Origin: Mactra antiquata
Taxonomy: Eukaryota
Assembly: GCA_047288015.1 (NCBI GenBank)
Contig: CM103819.1
Location: 32,625,354 to 32,689,353, forward strand
Direction: 5' to 3'
Length of the DNA stretch: 64,000 bases
Shown piece after piece: positions 39,620-50,770 of this stretch (positions are counted from its first letter, which is position 1; the number at the start of each line of letters is the position of its first letter). Both the position numbers and the translations under genes were made by a program. A model generated the notes under the pieces. That model was given only the letters and a program-made list of their open reading frames with translations, was not told the DNA's origin and did no database searches.

Positions 39620-40813
39620 CCGTTTCAGATGTACATTTCTCTACTACATGTTTTCCTTTCTCTTCTTCCAAAGCAGAGAACATTTTAGACAATCCACTTC
39701 GTCTTCGACGCTCTCTTGAATTATTTGACAAATCGACTGCACCACATTTAGCTGCATATTGAACTTCTGTTTTTTGTCTTCCTAGTTGTCTTGTTCCTCT
39801 CTCTCTATCATGTAAATCTCCTACACATATCTCATATGCCATTGCCACATCCCTCGTAATTGACTCAGCTTCCAATCTTTCCTCAGATGTTTTAATTCTA
39901 CTTGCTCCAAAGCCACTTGTTGCATGTTTTACAGGTGAAAGCTGAGCTGGTTCTTTAGCAAATTGGGATAACCCTGAAGATCCAGAGCATAGTGGCCGTA
40001 ATGGAGGAGGAGGGGCAGATCCATCTGGCCGTGGAGGTTTAGGTGCAAAAGCTGAAGTGGACCTAAGTCGGGGTGGAAGGCTTGATTCAACACTACCAAT
40101 AACAAATCCACCTCGGGGTGGAGGGGGATGGGCAAATTCTGAAGCAGATTTACGAAGGGATGGAGGGACAGGAGCAGAAGCAGGGGCAGGTTCGGGTGGT
40201 GGGGGAGGAGGGGGGATAATACCATATGCAGGTTGTAGGGGTGGAGGGGCAAAACCAGGTGGAGAATGTGTAGTAGCAGATGAAGGAGAGGGTTGCCCAA
40301 AAAATGAAGGACGGCTATCTTTTAATAAATTTTGACTATTTTGGGGTTGCTGCAGAGGAAAGGCATCCATTGCCTGTAATTGAGCAATTCCTCCTCCTAT
40401 GGCCATGTTGTTAGATGACATCTGAGGTTCAAAAGATGCATAGGGTCTAGCTCGTGTTTTAAACCCCCTACCAGGTTGTAGCCTTGTTTGAGGATCTGAG
40501 TGAGGAGGGGAATGAGAATCATTTGACTTGTCTGGCCCTAACACTTTATATTGAGGAGAAGGTTTGGGTGGTGCATCATACAAATGAGCAGTATATCCAT
40601 GATGTATACCTTCAGCTTGTTGAAACATGGGTGTTGGCGGCTGCTTCTTTAATGCATCAAATGTATCAAGTTGAATGGTGGATGCGGATAATTCTTGAGG
40701 TTTCTTTACATTTCCATGTGTTTTCTTTGATTTAGGTTTAGAAATAGTAGACTTGAGTTCAACTGACTTCTCCAAAGGCGCAGCGTAAAATTCTATTTGG
40801 TCAGGTATCTTTT
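39620..40813 (-). CDS. large internal coding exon of a proline-rich low-complexity protein (…PPPPPPPEPAPASAPVPP…)
   Basis: Continuous ORF of about 400 codons. Acceptor atttttag|AAAAGATACC at 40813/40814. Donor GAAACGG|gtaagat at 39620/39619. Phase consistent with the exons at 42613-42679 and 37817-37938. The track 'M' at 40775 is a TTG codon, not an ATG. Confidence 0.6.
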
Positions 40814-41054
40814 CTAAAAATATTAATTACATAAAGTGTCTGATATTTTGTCAAATCATAGGATGTAGCATTATTTATCCAATATATACATTTCTAGGAC
40901 TGGTTGCCAAACTGTTACCAAGGAAAAGGTACAAAATTTATGCCTAAAATTGGAAATATTAATCTCTCATAAAATGAAGTGGAGTGCATTATCACGGCAA
41001 CAAACTAAGACAGAACACTACATACAAATATTAATAGGGGTAATATTCATAAAA

Positions 41055-41300
41055 TATCTTAAAACACTCTTTTATTTGATTATAGATTTATTTTATATCT
41101 GGATTTTTAAATGTTTGTGAAAAATATTTGTCGCCCCAAAACAATATTTTTTGTACAATTTTTGCACATGGCATGGCTATAATGTACAAAAACTGTATTA
41201 AAAATATTGTTTTGGCATGACAAAGAAGTTTGTCACAAATAATTGATGATCCAGATTATAAAATAAATCTGTAATCAAATAAAAGAGTGTTTAAAGTAAA
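41055..41300. mobile_element. MITE with ~45-bp TIRs (aacactcttttatttgattatagatttattttatatctggat…)
   Basis: Complete element. Half-copies at 53793-53890, 55585-55685 and 60395-60500. Confidence 0.6.
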
Positions 41301-41446
41301 AATCTTCACCTTAATTTCAGTAAACTAATTTTAATAATACAATTAATTAATATGAATGATTAAAGCTACCTGTACAAAGTCGCTAATTGTTACATTGGGA
41401 AATTTCAACACATTAAAAATTTAAAACACCTATAAATAACTTTTTT

Positions 41447-41757
41447 CGTTTTTTTATTGGGTTTTAACGCCGTAGCAACACATTCTTTAGGTCACATTAC
41501 AGCGGTCAGTCAACCTACTCACCGTTCCTGGAAAGGCTAAATCTCTGGATTTAGCTGTTAACCAGTTACTAGGCGCATACTTCCATCAGTGACTGACAAC
41601 TGCCCAACATGATTTAGAATCAGTGGTAGGAGGGAGAATGGTCGTATAAATTATTTCATGACCAAGCTCCATGAAAGTATGCCCCACCCAGGGATCGAAC
41701 CCACGACCCCTCGATCAGTAGACTTGCACGCTACCGACTGAGCTAGCCGGGCGGGTT
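41447..41757 (-). mobile_element. tRNA-derived SINE family A, full length
   Basis: Reverse complement of family A. Confidence 0.8.
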
Positions 41758-42612
41758 TGCCCTATAAGTAACAAAAATGCTTAGTAAATGATAAAATTGG
41801 AATATTACATACATGATATTTGTAAATTTAGGTATAATATTGATTTTTATTTCGCAAAGTGAGCTCAAAAAACACTTTTTAAGTGTGGCTTATCCATGAG
41901 TGAAAATATTCTGTGCTCATAAGTTGAAACAAAAACAATCTTATTTCAAAATTGACAACTACTCTGTTTCTTTTGTGCTTCACATACATTTTGTTGCTGG
42001 TATAATATGTATAAATACAGTCAGACAAATATATATTTTTCTTCATTGAAAAATTTAATACAAGATTTTATATTTGTTTATTTTCATTCAATAACACCAC
42101 ATTTCATGTTTGAAAGAAAATGTAACATAGTTGATTTTGATCCTAGGGGAATAATTTCAACAAATTTTGAAGAGGATCTTTATACGCTAAAAATTGATGC
42201 TCTAGTCCTAATGGTTTCATTAAACATACTTTTGAAGATTTTCCCTCCATAACTTTTTGTAAAACATGCAACCCCTGGGGTAGGCCAATTTTGACCAAAT
42301 ATTGAGGCTCTAAGCCTCGCAGTTTTTGAGAAGATTTATTATCTTTTTTTATTGATTTTTATTTATTTATATTATTATATTATTTCCTTTTTTTCTCTGA
42401 ACAATTTTGAAAGAGCTTTATGCCAAGAACATTTCTGTCATGTTTTAGCAACATTGACCCAGGAGTTTAGGAGAATATGTTGTTTAAGTGATACTGTTGA
42501 CACATGATGAACTAAGACCAAACACAATAGCTCACTTTGAGCTCAGGTGAGCTAAAAACAGAATACATACCTGACAGAGGTTGACATGGGTCAGGTTTTG
42601 CAGTTGGTTTAC

Positions 42613-42679
42613 CTGTTTCTAGACCCACAGTGCTCATCAGATGACCTGGATCATAAGTTGGTGATACTGGTGAATATGT
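42613..42679 (-). CDS. candidate coding exon TYSPVSPTYDPGHLMSTVGLET
   Basis: Acceptor gtttag|ACATATTC and donor GAAACAG|gtaaacc. An alternative donor lies at 42571 (…TCAG|gtatgt). 67 nt, phase 0→1. Confidence 0.45.
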
Positions 42680-43099
42680 CTAAACAAAAGAAAGAGACAA
42701 CTGAGTACAAAGTAAATCCATAGACTACAACAGGGCCAGAGGTTATAAGATGATCAAATTCTATGCTCAAAGCTGTGTAGTAAATTATTCCAATAAAATT
42801 TACTGAATTTATTAAATCACAAAGACAGATTTTTACAAAGTTTCCATTAGCAGCTGTCATTAGAATAGCATACCAATAAAGTTAATACATTTTGTAATTT
42901 GTAAGTTAGAATTTGTCATAAATACAGGATTCTAAATATAGTAACAGTTTTGGGGGATTTTGTGCATAGTTATCATGTACATATGACTTTTTCACTTCTG
43001 CCGTATCTAGAGGTGATTACAATGTATTGTAATTGACTGGCCTGCTGAATAAACACCCATGAGAAGATGAAATCATGAAATTATGACATACAAGTAAGT

Positions 43100-43306
43100 G
43101 GTTTATAATAGACTTCATCTTCACTATGTGGCACAAGGCCAACAACTTCTCCATATACCTTATTGATGGAGGAAAATCGACATTATTGTCGAATTTTCAT
43201 GGAAGGGTATAACCAGCCCGGGTGAGGCTCGAACCAGCAACCCCTTCGGGACGTTAGATTCGAAATCCTGCGCGTAGCCTACTGCGCCATGGACCCGGGT
43301 ACAAGG
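43100..43306 (-). mobile_element. tRNA-derived SINE family D
   Basis: tRNA-like head (rc) acccgggtccatggcgcagtaggc…ggttcgagcc. Related copies at 48455-48722 and 49690-49872. Confidence 0.55.
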
Positions 43307-43559
43307 ATTTATATAGACTAAATTGCGAAAACCATTTGAACCAGAGTAAGTACATATCTTTGATGAACATGTGTATTAAAGACATTAATGCACAATACAG
43401 TTGGGCTGGAAGTCAATAATCAACCTGTATGAATAATGCTTAACATTCAATATTGGTTAAACAAGTTAGGTATAATTTGCCTGCCATCAACATAATCATC
43501 CTATTTAGATTATCCAGGTCATAGATTATTTCTGAACTATGGTGAGGCATGACTGCCCA

Positions 43560-43760
43560 GTTGACAGTGAAGTCTTCTCCATACCTGATGGTCCTGTAGA
43601 TTAACACCACCCTTTCCTAGAGATTCACAGTCTTGTTTCATTAGGTCATCCCAGGACAGCTTTGGTCTGCCTGAGGCTTGATGATCATTGACATTCAATC
43701 TTTGGAACTGAGCTATCCACCCTGTGCTACACTCAAAATGGCCAAGTCATTTCAGCTCAC
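43560..43760 (-). mobile_element. 3'-terminal fragment of an RTE/CR1-like LINE ORF2 (…SGRPKLSWDDLMKQDCESLG…)
   Basis: Minus-strand translation shows the GRPxxxWxDD…LG tail motif typical of RTE-type LINEs. Confidence 0.45.
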
Positions 43761-43947
43761 TAGTCTGAAGAATATCTATCATATTTCTGATGTTAAGATG
43801 AGAGAGGAGTGACTCAAAGGGTGCTTTATCTTCAGGTTCGACTAGACAGGTCTGTTTTAGCCTGTACATTCTTCCAATGAGATGCAACTCTACATATAAT
43901 ATAATATTGCAGGCAAATAATTATGCATCAAATACACATATACATAC

Positions 43948-44100
43948 TGGGGATGTAGGTGAATATAATGGTTCATCATCAAACAGACCAAAACCCATTT
44001 CTTCCTCATCTTCACTTTCTTCTGCTTGCACTTGAGGAACAGAAAGTGCTTTAGTTATCTCAACAGGACTTAGTCTCCTATCACTTAACATTTTGCACTG
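43948..44100 (-). CDS. candidate coding exon QCKMLSDRRLSPVEITKALSVPQVQAEESEDEEEMGFGLFDDEPLYSPTSP
   Basis: Acceptor tttgtataattatgcag|CAGTGC and donor TCCCCA|gtatgta. 153 nt, phase 0→0. Joins in frame with exon 42613-42679. Confidence 0.5.
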
Positions 44101-44139
44101 CTGCATAATTATACAAAATAAAAGAACTGTAATGTTTGA

Positions 44140-44335
44140 CACCAAACAAAGTACAATAAATGAAATATTTGACACCAAACAAAATACAATAAATGAAATA
44201 TTTGACATACACAAAATGAAATATGTTTACTATCATATTTGTCAATAAACAAATAAAGTAGCTGACAAATGATTTCATTATGTTTACTATCATATTTGTC
44301 AATAAACAAATAAAGTAGCTGAAAAATGACACTAA
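44140..44335. repeat. two short tandem duplications (33-bp unit ×2; ~60-bp unit ×2)
   Basis: gacaccaaacaaaRtacaataaatgaaatattt ×2 and atgtttactatcatatttgtcaataaacaaataaagtagctga ×2. Confidence 0.7.
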
Positions 44336-44767
44336 AGTAAACAGTAATATTTGACACTAAAAAATTCAATACCTATGACTAAAATAAATGTCGCAGAAAA
44401 CATCCAATACTTATAAATGTAATATTAGAGACTAAAAAACGAAATAACTTTAATATCTATCATAGAAAAAATTCATTAAACTTTGTTTGACACGAAGAAA
44501 TGGAGTAACTTGTAGATTAATATTTGTTACCAAACAAAATCATATGGTTTTAACATTTGACATTATACAAAATAAAAGAACTACAATAATATTTGTTGCA
44601 GAACAAAATCAAACAACTGTAAGCACTTAAGAATTGATTTTGTGTCCAGTACACTCCTTATTTAGGTCCTACATCCTTACAGCATTCAAAAAGTTTGTAA
44701 ATGTATCTGTCCAAATCTTTTCAGTACACAACAGTGATCGAGATATCCAAATAAATTACTACGCAAT

Positions 44768-45047
44768 TGAAAATGCTACACAGCCGCAGTCATGGGCCAA
44801 TGGTAGCACTCTGGATTGAGGTATCAGGTTTGATTCCCAGTCATGGTGGGTTATACTTTTCCTTTAAAATTCAATACTCAATATATATATTTCTCCATGG
44901 AGGAAGATGTTGGCTCCTATTGGAAGAGTTACACGTAGCAAGTACTGGTAAAAGAAAAGTGTCCATGAAAGCTGGTTAAGCGAGTCTGCACTGGACATAA
45001 CCTTGTGTTGATATAAATGGTGTTTAATCCAATAAAAAAATAGTTGT
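44768..45047 (+). mobile_element. tRNA-derived SINE family C
   Basis: Matches 34918-35175. Confidence 0.65.
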
Positions 45048-45257
45048 TGTTTATTGTTTATTGGGTTTAACGTCGTATTCAACGGCCAGCTCTTCCTACT
45101 ATAGGTTTCCTGGACACTTTTCTATCACCAGTACTAACTTACCCTACCAGAGGCCAACAACTCATGTATAGGGTATGACCTACCGCGACCGGGCTCGAAC
45201 CCGCGATCTCCAGATTCGAAGTCAGACATGCTAACCACTACACCACGGCCGCGGCTC
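45048..45257 (-). mobile_element. tRNA-derived SINE family B (abuts SINE C)
   Basis: Reverse complement of family B. Confidence 0.75.
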
Positions 45258-45548
45258 CATTAAAAAAAGAAAATGTTACAGCTTATCTGTTGTGTCCTTT
45301 GACAGTCTATGAATAGAAGGCCACAAACTGTAACTAGAGTTCAATGACACAAATCTGCTTCACATGCAATTTTTGTGTAAGAAGGTCTCAGTACACAGTA
45401 AGTAGTAAAATTAATTATATTTGTTTGCATTAAGGAAAACAGTATTTTTTGTAACAGAAAAATGTTGAAATTAATTGGCAATCAAAGTAATTGCAAAATA
45501 ACAGCCGAACAAGAGTCCTAGATATTTTAAATTTACAACTTCACATAC

Positions 45549-45590
45549 CTTATTTATCTTTTCTTCAGCTGGCTTTTCGTACGAAAATGC
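45549..45590 (-). CDS. candidate 42-nt microexon AFSYEKPAEEKINK (copy 1 within the tandem duplication)
   Basis: Acceptor ttctatgtag|GCATTTTCG and donor AATAAG|gtatgtga. Phase 0→0. Confidence 0.35.
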
Positions 45591-46903
45591 CTACATAGAA
45601 TTATAAATTAAAATATCAGCATTTACTTCAGTATCTAATTCACAAATACTTTTATATTTTAAATATTTGTTGGTTTGTTTGTGTTTAACAGCACACCAAA
45701 ACAATATAAAGGTCATCTTATGCTGAGCTATTTTAAATATGTAAGTAACAAATTTCAACAAAAGTAGATCTACATAGAGGCATATCTCCAGTAAATGTTC
45801 AGCCAGATATCTTAACTAAAAATATGTTAACTTGTCAGTCAAAAAATCCATGCAGGGGAAGAACTTAAATCATTCCAAATAACCAAGGTCTATCATGTTG
45901 GTTAAAGTTATTCAGAATTATGTCCAAATCACATGCAGTCCGGACAATTTTTTCCAAGTTAACTACCAGGTATCTATTATCCAAGTTTTATACAGGTGGC
46001 CACTAACCATTACTTACTCAAGGTTTCATTTATACTCCAATAGAGGGACAGAGCTTACAAATTGATGAGTTTTCATAGAAAAGTAAAAGTAGTAAAAAAC
46101 AACATAAAAACAACATTGAAATTTATTTTGTATCCACTTTCAATAATCATTTGCTTTTTACAATGTATAAGGTTGGCCATTTGAATAATACAATAAAAAG
46201 ATAAATTGAGTTTGAAATCCCTCATTTTGTATCACACAAAACCATTTATCCCATAGACTTGTAATATTTCACAATTTCTGCTACATATTAATATTGGAAT
46301 AAATCTCCAGACTTTCATTGGTCAAAGTGGGTCAAAATCAATTTTATACAGCTGACGCCGAAAAAAGTAAGAATTAAAGTGTTTGAACATCATCTCCTGA
46401 GACAAGAACTCCTCACACGAGTTACGTCACGCTTTGCTACTTTAACCACTGCCAACACATAAATTATGTGACACTAGTAGTACCATGTGACATAAAAGGG
46501 CGGTTGCTCTGAGAATGTCTCGGTAATGAGTAAATAACTACATCTCTCCCAGACAGAATGTATTTAAAACATTCTACATGTTTTGGCTTTAAAACAAGTG
46601 ACTGATCAAAACTAAAAAAAGAAAATGTTACAGCTTATCTGTTGTGTCCTTTGACAGTCCATGAATAGAAGGCCACAAACTGTAACTAGAGTTCAATGAC
46701 ACAAATCTGCTTCACATGCAATTTTTGTGTAAGAAGGTCTCAGTACACAGTAAGTATAAAAATTAATTATATTTGTTTGCATTTAGGAAAACAGTATTTT
46801 GTAACAGAAAAATGTTGAAATTAATTGGCAATCAAAGTACATAAAATTGCAAAATAACAGCCGAACAAGAGTCCTAGATTTTTTAATTTACAACTTCACA
46901 TAC

Positions 46904-46945
46904 CCAATATATCTCTTCTTCAGCTGGCTCTTCGTAAGAAAATGC
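46904..46945 (-). CDS. candidate 42-nt microexon AFSYEEPAEEEIYW (copy 2 within the tandem duplication)
   Basis: Same splice sites retained. Frame open. Confidence 0.3.
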
Positions 46946-48454
46946 CTACATAGAAAAATAAATTAAAAATGTCAGCATTTACTTCAGTATCTAATTCACA
47001 AATACTTCTTTATTTTAAATATTTGTTGGTTTCTTTGTGTTTAACAGCACACCAAAACAATATAAAGGTCATCTTATGCTGAGTTATTTTAAATATGTAA
47101 GTAACAAATTTCAACAAAAGTAGATCTACATAGAGGCATATCTCCAGTAAATGTTCAGCCAGATATCTTAAATAAAAATATGTTAACTTGTCAGTCAAAA
47201 AATCCATGCAGGGGAAGAACTTAAATCATTCCAAATAACCAAGGTCTGTCATGTTGGTTAAAGTTATTCAGAATTATGTCCAAATCACATGCAGTCCGGA
47301 CAATTTTTTCCAAGTTAACTACCAGGTATCTATTATCCAAGTTTTATACAGGTGGCCACTAACCATTACTTACTCAAGGTTTCATTTCTACTCCAATAGA
47401 GGGACAGAGCTTACAAATTGATGAGTTTTCATAGAAAAGTAAAAGTAGTAAAAAACAACATAAAAACAACATTGAAATTTATTTTGTATCCACTTTCAAT
47501 AATCATTTGCTTTTTACAATGTATAAGGTTGGCCATTTGAATAATACAATAAAAAGATAAATTGAGTTTGAAATCCCTCATTTTGTATCACACAAAACCA
47601 TTTATCCCATAGACTTGTAATATTTCACAATTTCTGCTACATATTAATATTGGAATAAATCTCCAGACTTTCATTGGTCAAAGTGGGTCAAAATCAATTT
47701 TATACAGCTGACGCTGAAAAAAGTAAGAATTAAAGTGTTTGAACATCATCTCCTGAGACACGAACTCCTCACACGAGTTACGTCACGCTTTGCTACTTTA
47801 ACCACTGCCAACACATAAATTATGTGACACTAGTAGTACCATGTGACATAAAAGGGCGGTTGCTCTGAGAATGTCTCGGTAATGAGTAAATAACTACATC
47901 TCTCCCAGAGAGAATGTATTTAAAACATTCTACATGTTTTGGCTTTAAAACAAGTGACTGATCAAAACTTTTTGGCAGAATCAGTAAACTAAGAACACCT
48001 TCAACCTTGTTTCCCCTTAGGTGTCCATATAGACAACTGTCAACATGCGCTACAGTGAGAAGTAAACTTGTTATCCTTACAAATTATCAATTTAATATTT
48101 ATTCTTACCTTTTTGTACATTGAACATCATAATTATATGAAAGAACACTAAATTCATACAATTTATTGAAATGTAAAAGAAAAAGTGAAAAAAATACTTT
48201 GGGCTCTCTGACTGCCAAATTTACTAGTGGTGGCAGTGGTTACTTTTGCAAAAGGTTTCAGATTATAAATGTTTAATCTTAAATCTTACATCAATGCTGC
48301 TTCTCATCATAAGAGGTACATCTGGTGGTTTGTCCAAGGCATACTGCTAAATAAATAGCAACAATTTATTTATTGGTAAGCTACATTTTTTGTAATTAAC
48401 ATAAACTTGTCAATTAAGTTGTTTAAGTAATACTTACACAACTAAAGATTTTTT

Positions 48455-48722
48455 AATTGGATTTAATGCAATTTATCAACACATAACGGGTATGTATGGA
48501 AGTCAGCTTAACAAAATAGAACATTTCCTGGACCATTTTCTTCAACTACTAATGCTTACTCTCTTTCATAAGAAGTCCAGAACTTTCCCCGCTCGGGAGG
48601 CCAATCAATATTAGGAATCAAAGTTTCATGGAAGTGTATGAACAGCACCAACCAGGGATCGAACCTGGAACCTGTGGATTCAAAACCCTGGGCTCTACCA
48701 CAGTGCCACGACCACGGCTCTT
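48455..48722 (-). mobile_element. tRNA-derived SINE family D
   Basis: Head (rc) gccgtggtcgtggcactgtggtagagcccagggttttgaatccacaggttccaggttcgatccctgg. Confidence 0.55.
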
Positions 48723-49307
48723 GGTGATAATTCATTGCTCACAAACAACATTGTTAAATGTAATGAAGTTTGACAACAGCTTGTCAGGCTTTGAAGATTT
48801 GGAATACTGTAGTTTGTAAAACTTGCTTAGAATGGTGATTGAAGCAAAACAATGTCTGAATCAGTAATGAATATCCATGTACAGTTAAATGAGTTAATAT
48901 TAAAGTTCAGTCGAGAGTCTGCTTTAGTCTGCTAAATGTTCATCCCACTTAATCTAGTATGATAACCCCTTATCATCAAAATCACCTTCAAGCAAATGTC
49001 CCTTACAGTACCCATTTACAACAGTGTGGAATGTAGCAATAGCAATTAGATTATTTTCGGGCTCAAGGAAATTAGCAGTGACCTTAATTGGATTTGAAGC
49101 ATCTTGAGTGCATGTCCTACCACTAGGCTACAGTTGTACTGCATATATGTAAACAAATACAGACAAGAAAATAATACAAACCGTTGATTCATCATAAGAC
49201 ACATCCCTGTAATATAGTAAAACAATTTTTTATGGCAGACAATATTTAATGTCATTCACAGTTAATAATCAATTTTTAAAGTATGATAAATACTTACAAA
49301 ACATAAT

Positions 49308-49645
49308 AACCCGCCCGGCTAGCTCAGTCGGTAGCGCAAAAGTCTACTGATCAAGGGGTCGTGGGTTCGATCCCCGGGCGGGGCATACTTTCGTGGAGCT
49401 TAGTCATGAAATTTTTTCTACGGCCATTCTCCCTCCTACCACTGATTCTAAATCATGTAGGGCAGTTGTCAGTCACTGACGGAAGTATGCGCCTAGTAAC
49501 TGGTTAACAGCTAAATCCAGAGATTTAGCCTTTCCAGAAACGGTGAGTAGGTTGACTGACCGCCGTGATATGACCTATACAATGTGTTGCTACGGCGTTA
49601 AACCCAAAAAAACAACAAACAAACAACAAAACATAATAATTATCA
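49308..49645 (+). mobile_element. tRNA-derived SINE family A, full length
   Basis: Head, body and (CAAA)n tail. Confidence 0.8.
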
Positions 49646-49689
49646 CTATGTTTATAAACATACATTAAATTATGTATGGTGGCAAGTTC

Positions 49690-49872
49690 ACCAAACTACA
49701 GCATTTTCTGGACTTTTTTTTCTAACCAATACCGCTTACACTTCCACAAGGATCTGACAACTTCTACGTCTAGGGAGGAAAACCGATAATAAATATCAAA
49801 TTTTCATGGAGAAGTATGACCTGCGGCAAACGGGAATCGAATCTGGGACATCAGAATTTATAATCCTGCCTT
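49690..49872 (-). mobile_element. tRNA-derived SINE family D-related copy
   Basis: …ttcatggagaagtatgacctgcggcaaacgggaatcgaatctgggacatcagaatttataatcctgcc. Confidence 0.45.
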
Positions 49873-50229
49873 TTACCACATGGCAACAGAAAAAACATTT
49901 ATGAAAGCATTTTTATTGAAACATTAACCTTATTATGTTCAGAGATTAGCATTACTTAGTTGTAACTCATAGCTAAACATTATTAGTAAAAATTAGAGAT
50001 GTGTACACATGAAGTTTATAATTAACAAGCTATAAAATGCATAAAAACGTTACAAAAACAGAATATCCCTTTATTTTGGAAAAAAGATCCATTTTCAATT
50101 CACTGAGTGAGCTCAGAAAACATTATATGTACAATCATAATGTGACGTCGCATTAATATTTTCACTGCAGAGAAAATAGATTTTACATATTTTCATTGCA
50201 CATTTTTATTGAGAAAAATTCATGGTGCT

Positions 50230-50420
50230 TCATGTGCTTATCCATGCTTTTCAGTCATATCGCGATGGTCAGTCAACCTACTATCTGTTATTGAAGAGGC
50301 TAAAATCTATAGACCCAAGCTTCCAACCAGTAATAAGCACATACCTTCGCCAGTATGTGACAACTGCCCTACTTGATACATCAGTAGAAGAGAGAATGAT
50401 CAAAGTCAGATGCGCTAACA
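50230..50420 (-). mobile_element. diverged SINE (family A-related body)
   Basis: ggtcagtcaacctac…gaggctaaaatctatagacccaagc…tgtgacaactgccctacttgata. Confidence 0.4.
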
Positions 50421-50627
50421 AATGCGCAAACTGGGAAGATTTAATTTTCATTCAATATCACCACATTTCACAATAAAGTGTGAAAGAAATCATGTATTAT
50501 GACTCAGTACCGTAAAAAGTGTAACCTTACACAGAAATACTACAGCATTCACTTAGAAATGTAACCATTTGTGTTACTTTAATCCTAGGTTCTATAAACC
50601 ATTAAGTCAGGTTAGAAAGGGATAAAC

Positions 50628-50770
50628 TTACATGTCAGCTGCCTCAGCCATCATAAGTGGTTCTGCTTCTTCCTGTACTTGCATTCTATGAGCAGGTCTT
50701 GGTTTTTTTTTTAATACACTCTCATACATTTTTTCAGAACTAAAGCCGTACGAATCATCAAGTTCAGGAC
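50628..50770 (-). CDS. candidate terminal coding exon (G)PELDDSYGFSSEKMYESVLKKKPRPAHRMQVQEEAEPLMMAEAADM*
   Basis: Strong acceptor cattgtaatattattttctag|GTCCTGAAC. Open frame of 47 codons ending at TAA (50628-50630). Begins with 2 nt (phase 1). Confidence 0.4.

Larger units (their letters stand above)
45262..47968 (+). repeat. tandem duplication, 2 × about 1.35 kb (about 97% identity)
   Basis: Copy 1 about 45262-46612, copy 2 about 46613-47968. Long identical stretches, for example gaaaatgttacagcttatctgttgtgtcctttgacagtc. Confidence 0.9.

Noticed and set aside
39929-40335. ORFs in alternative frames and on the opposite strand of the proline-rich exon (123 aa minus, 92 aa plus, GGGGGG-rich)
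   Set aside because: Low-complexity shadow ORFs of the real proline-rich frame. The primary frame is the one with chained splice-phase support.
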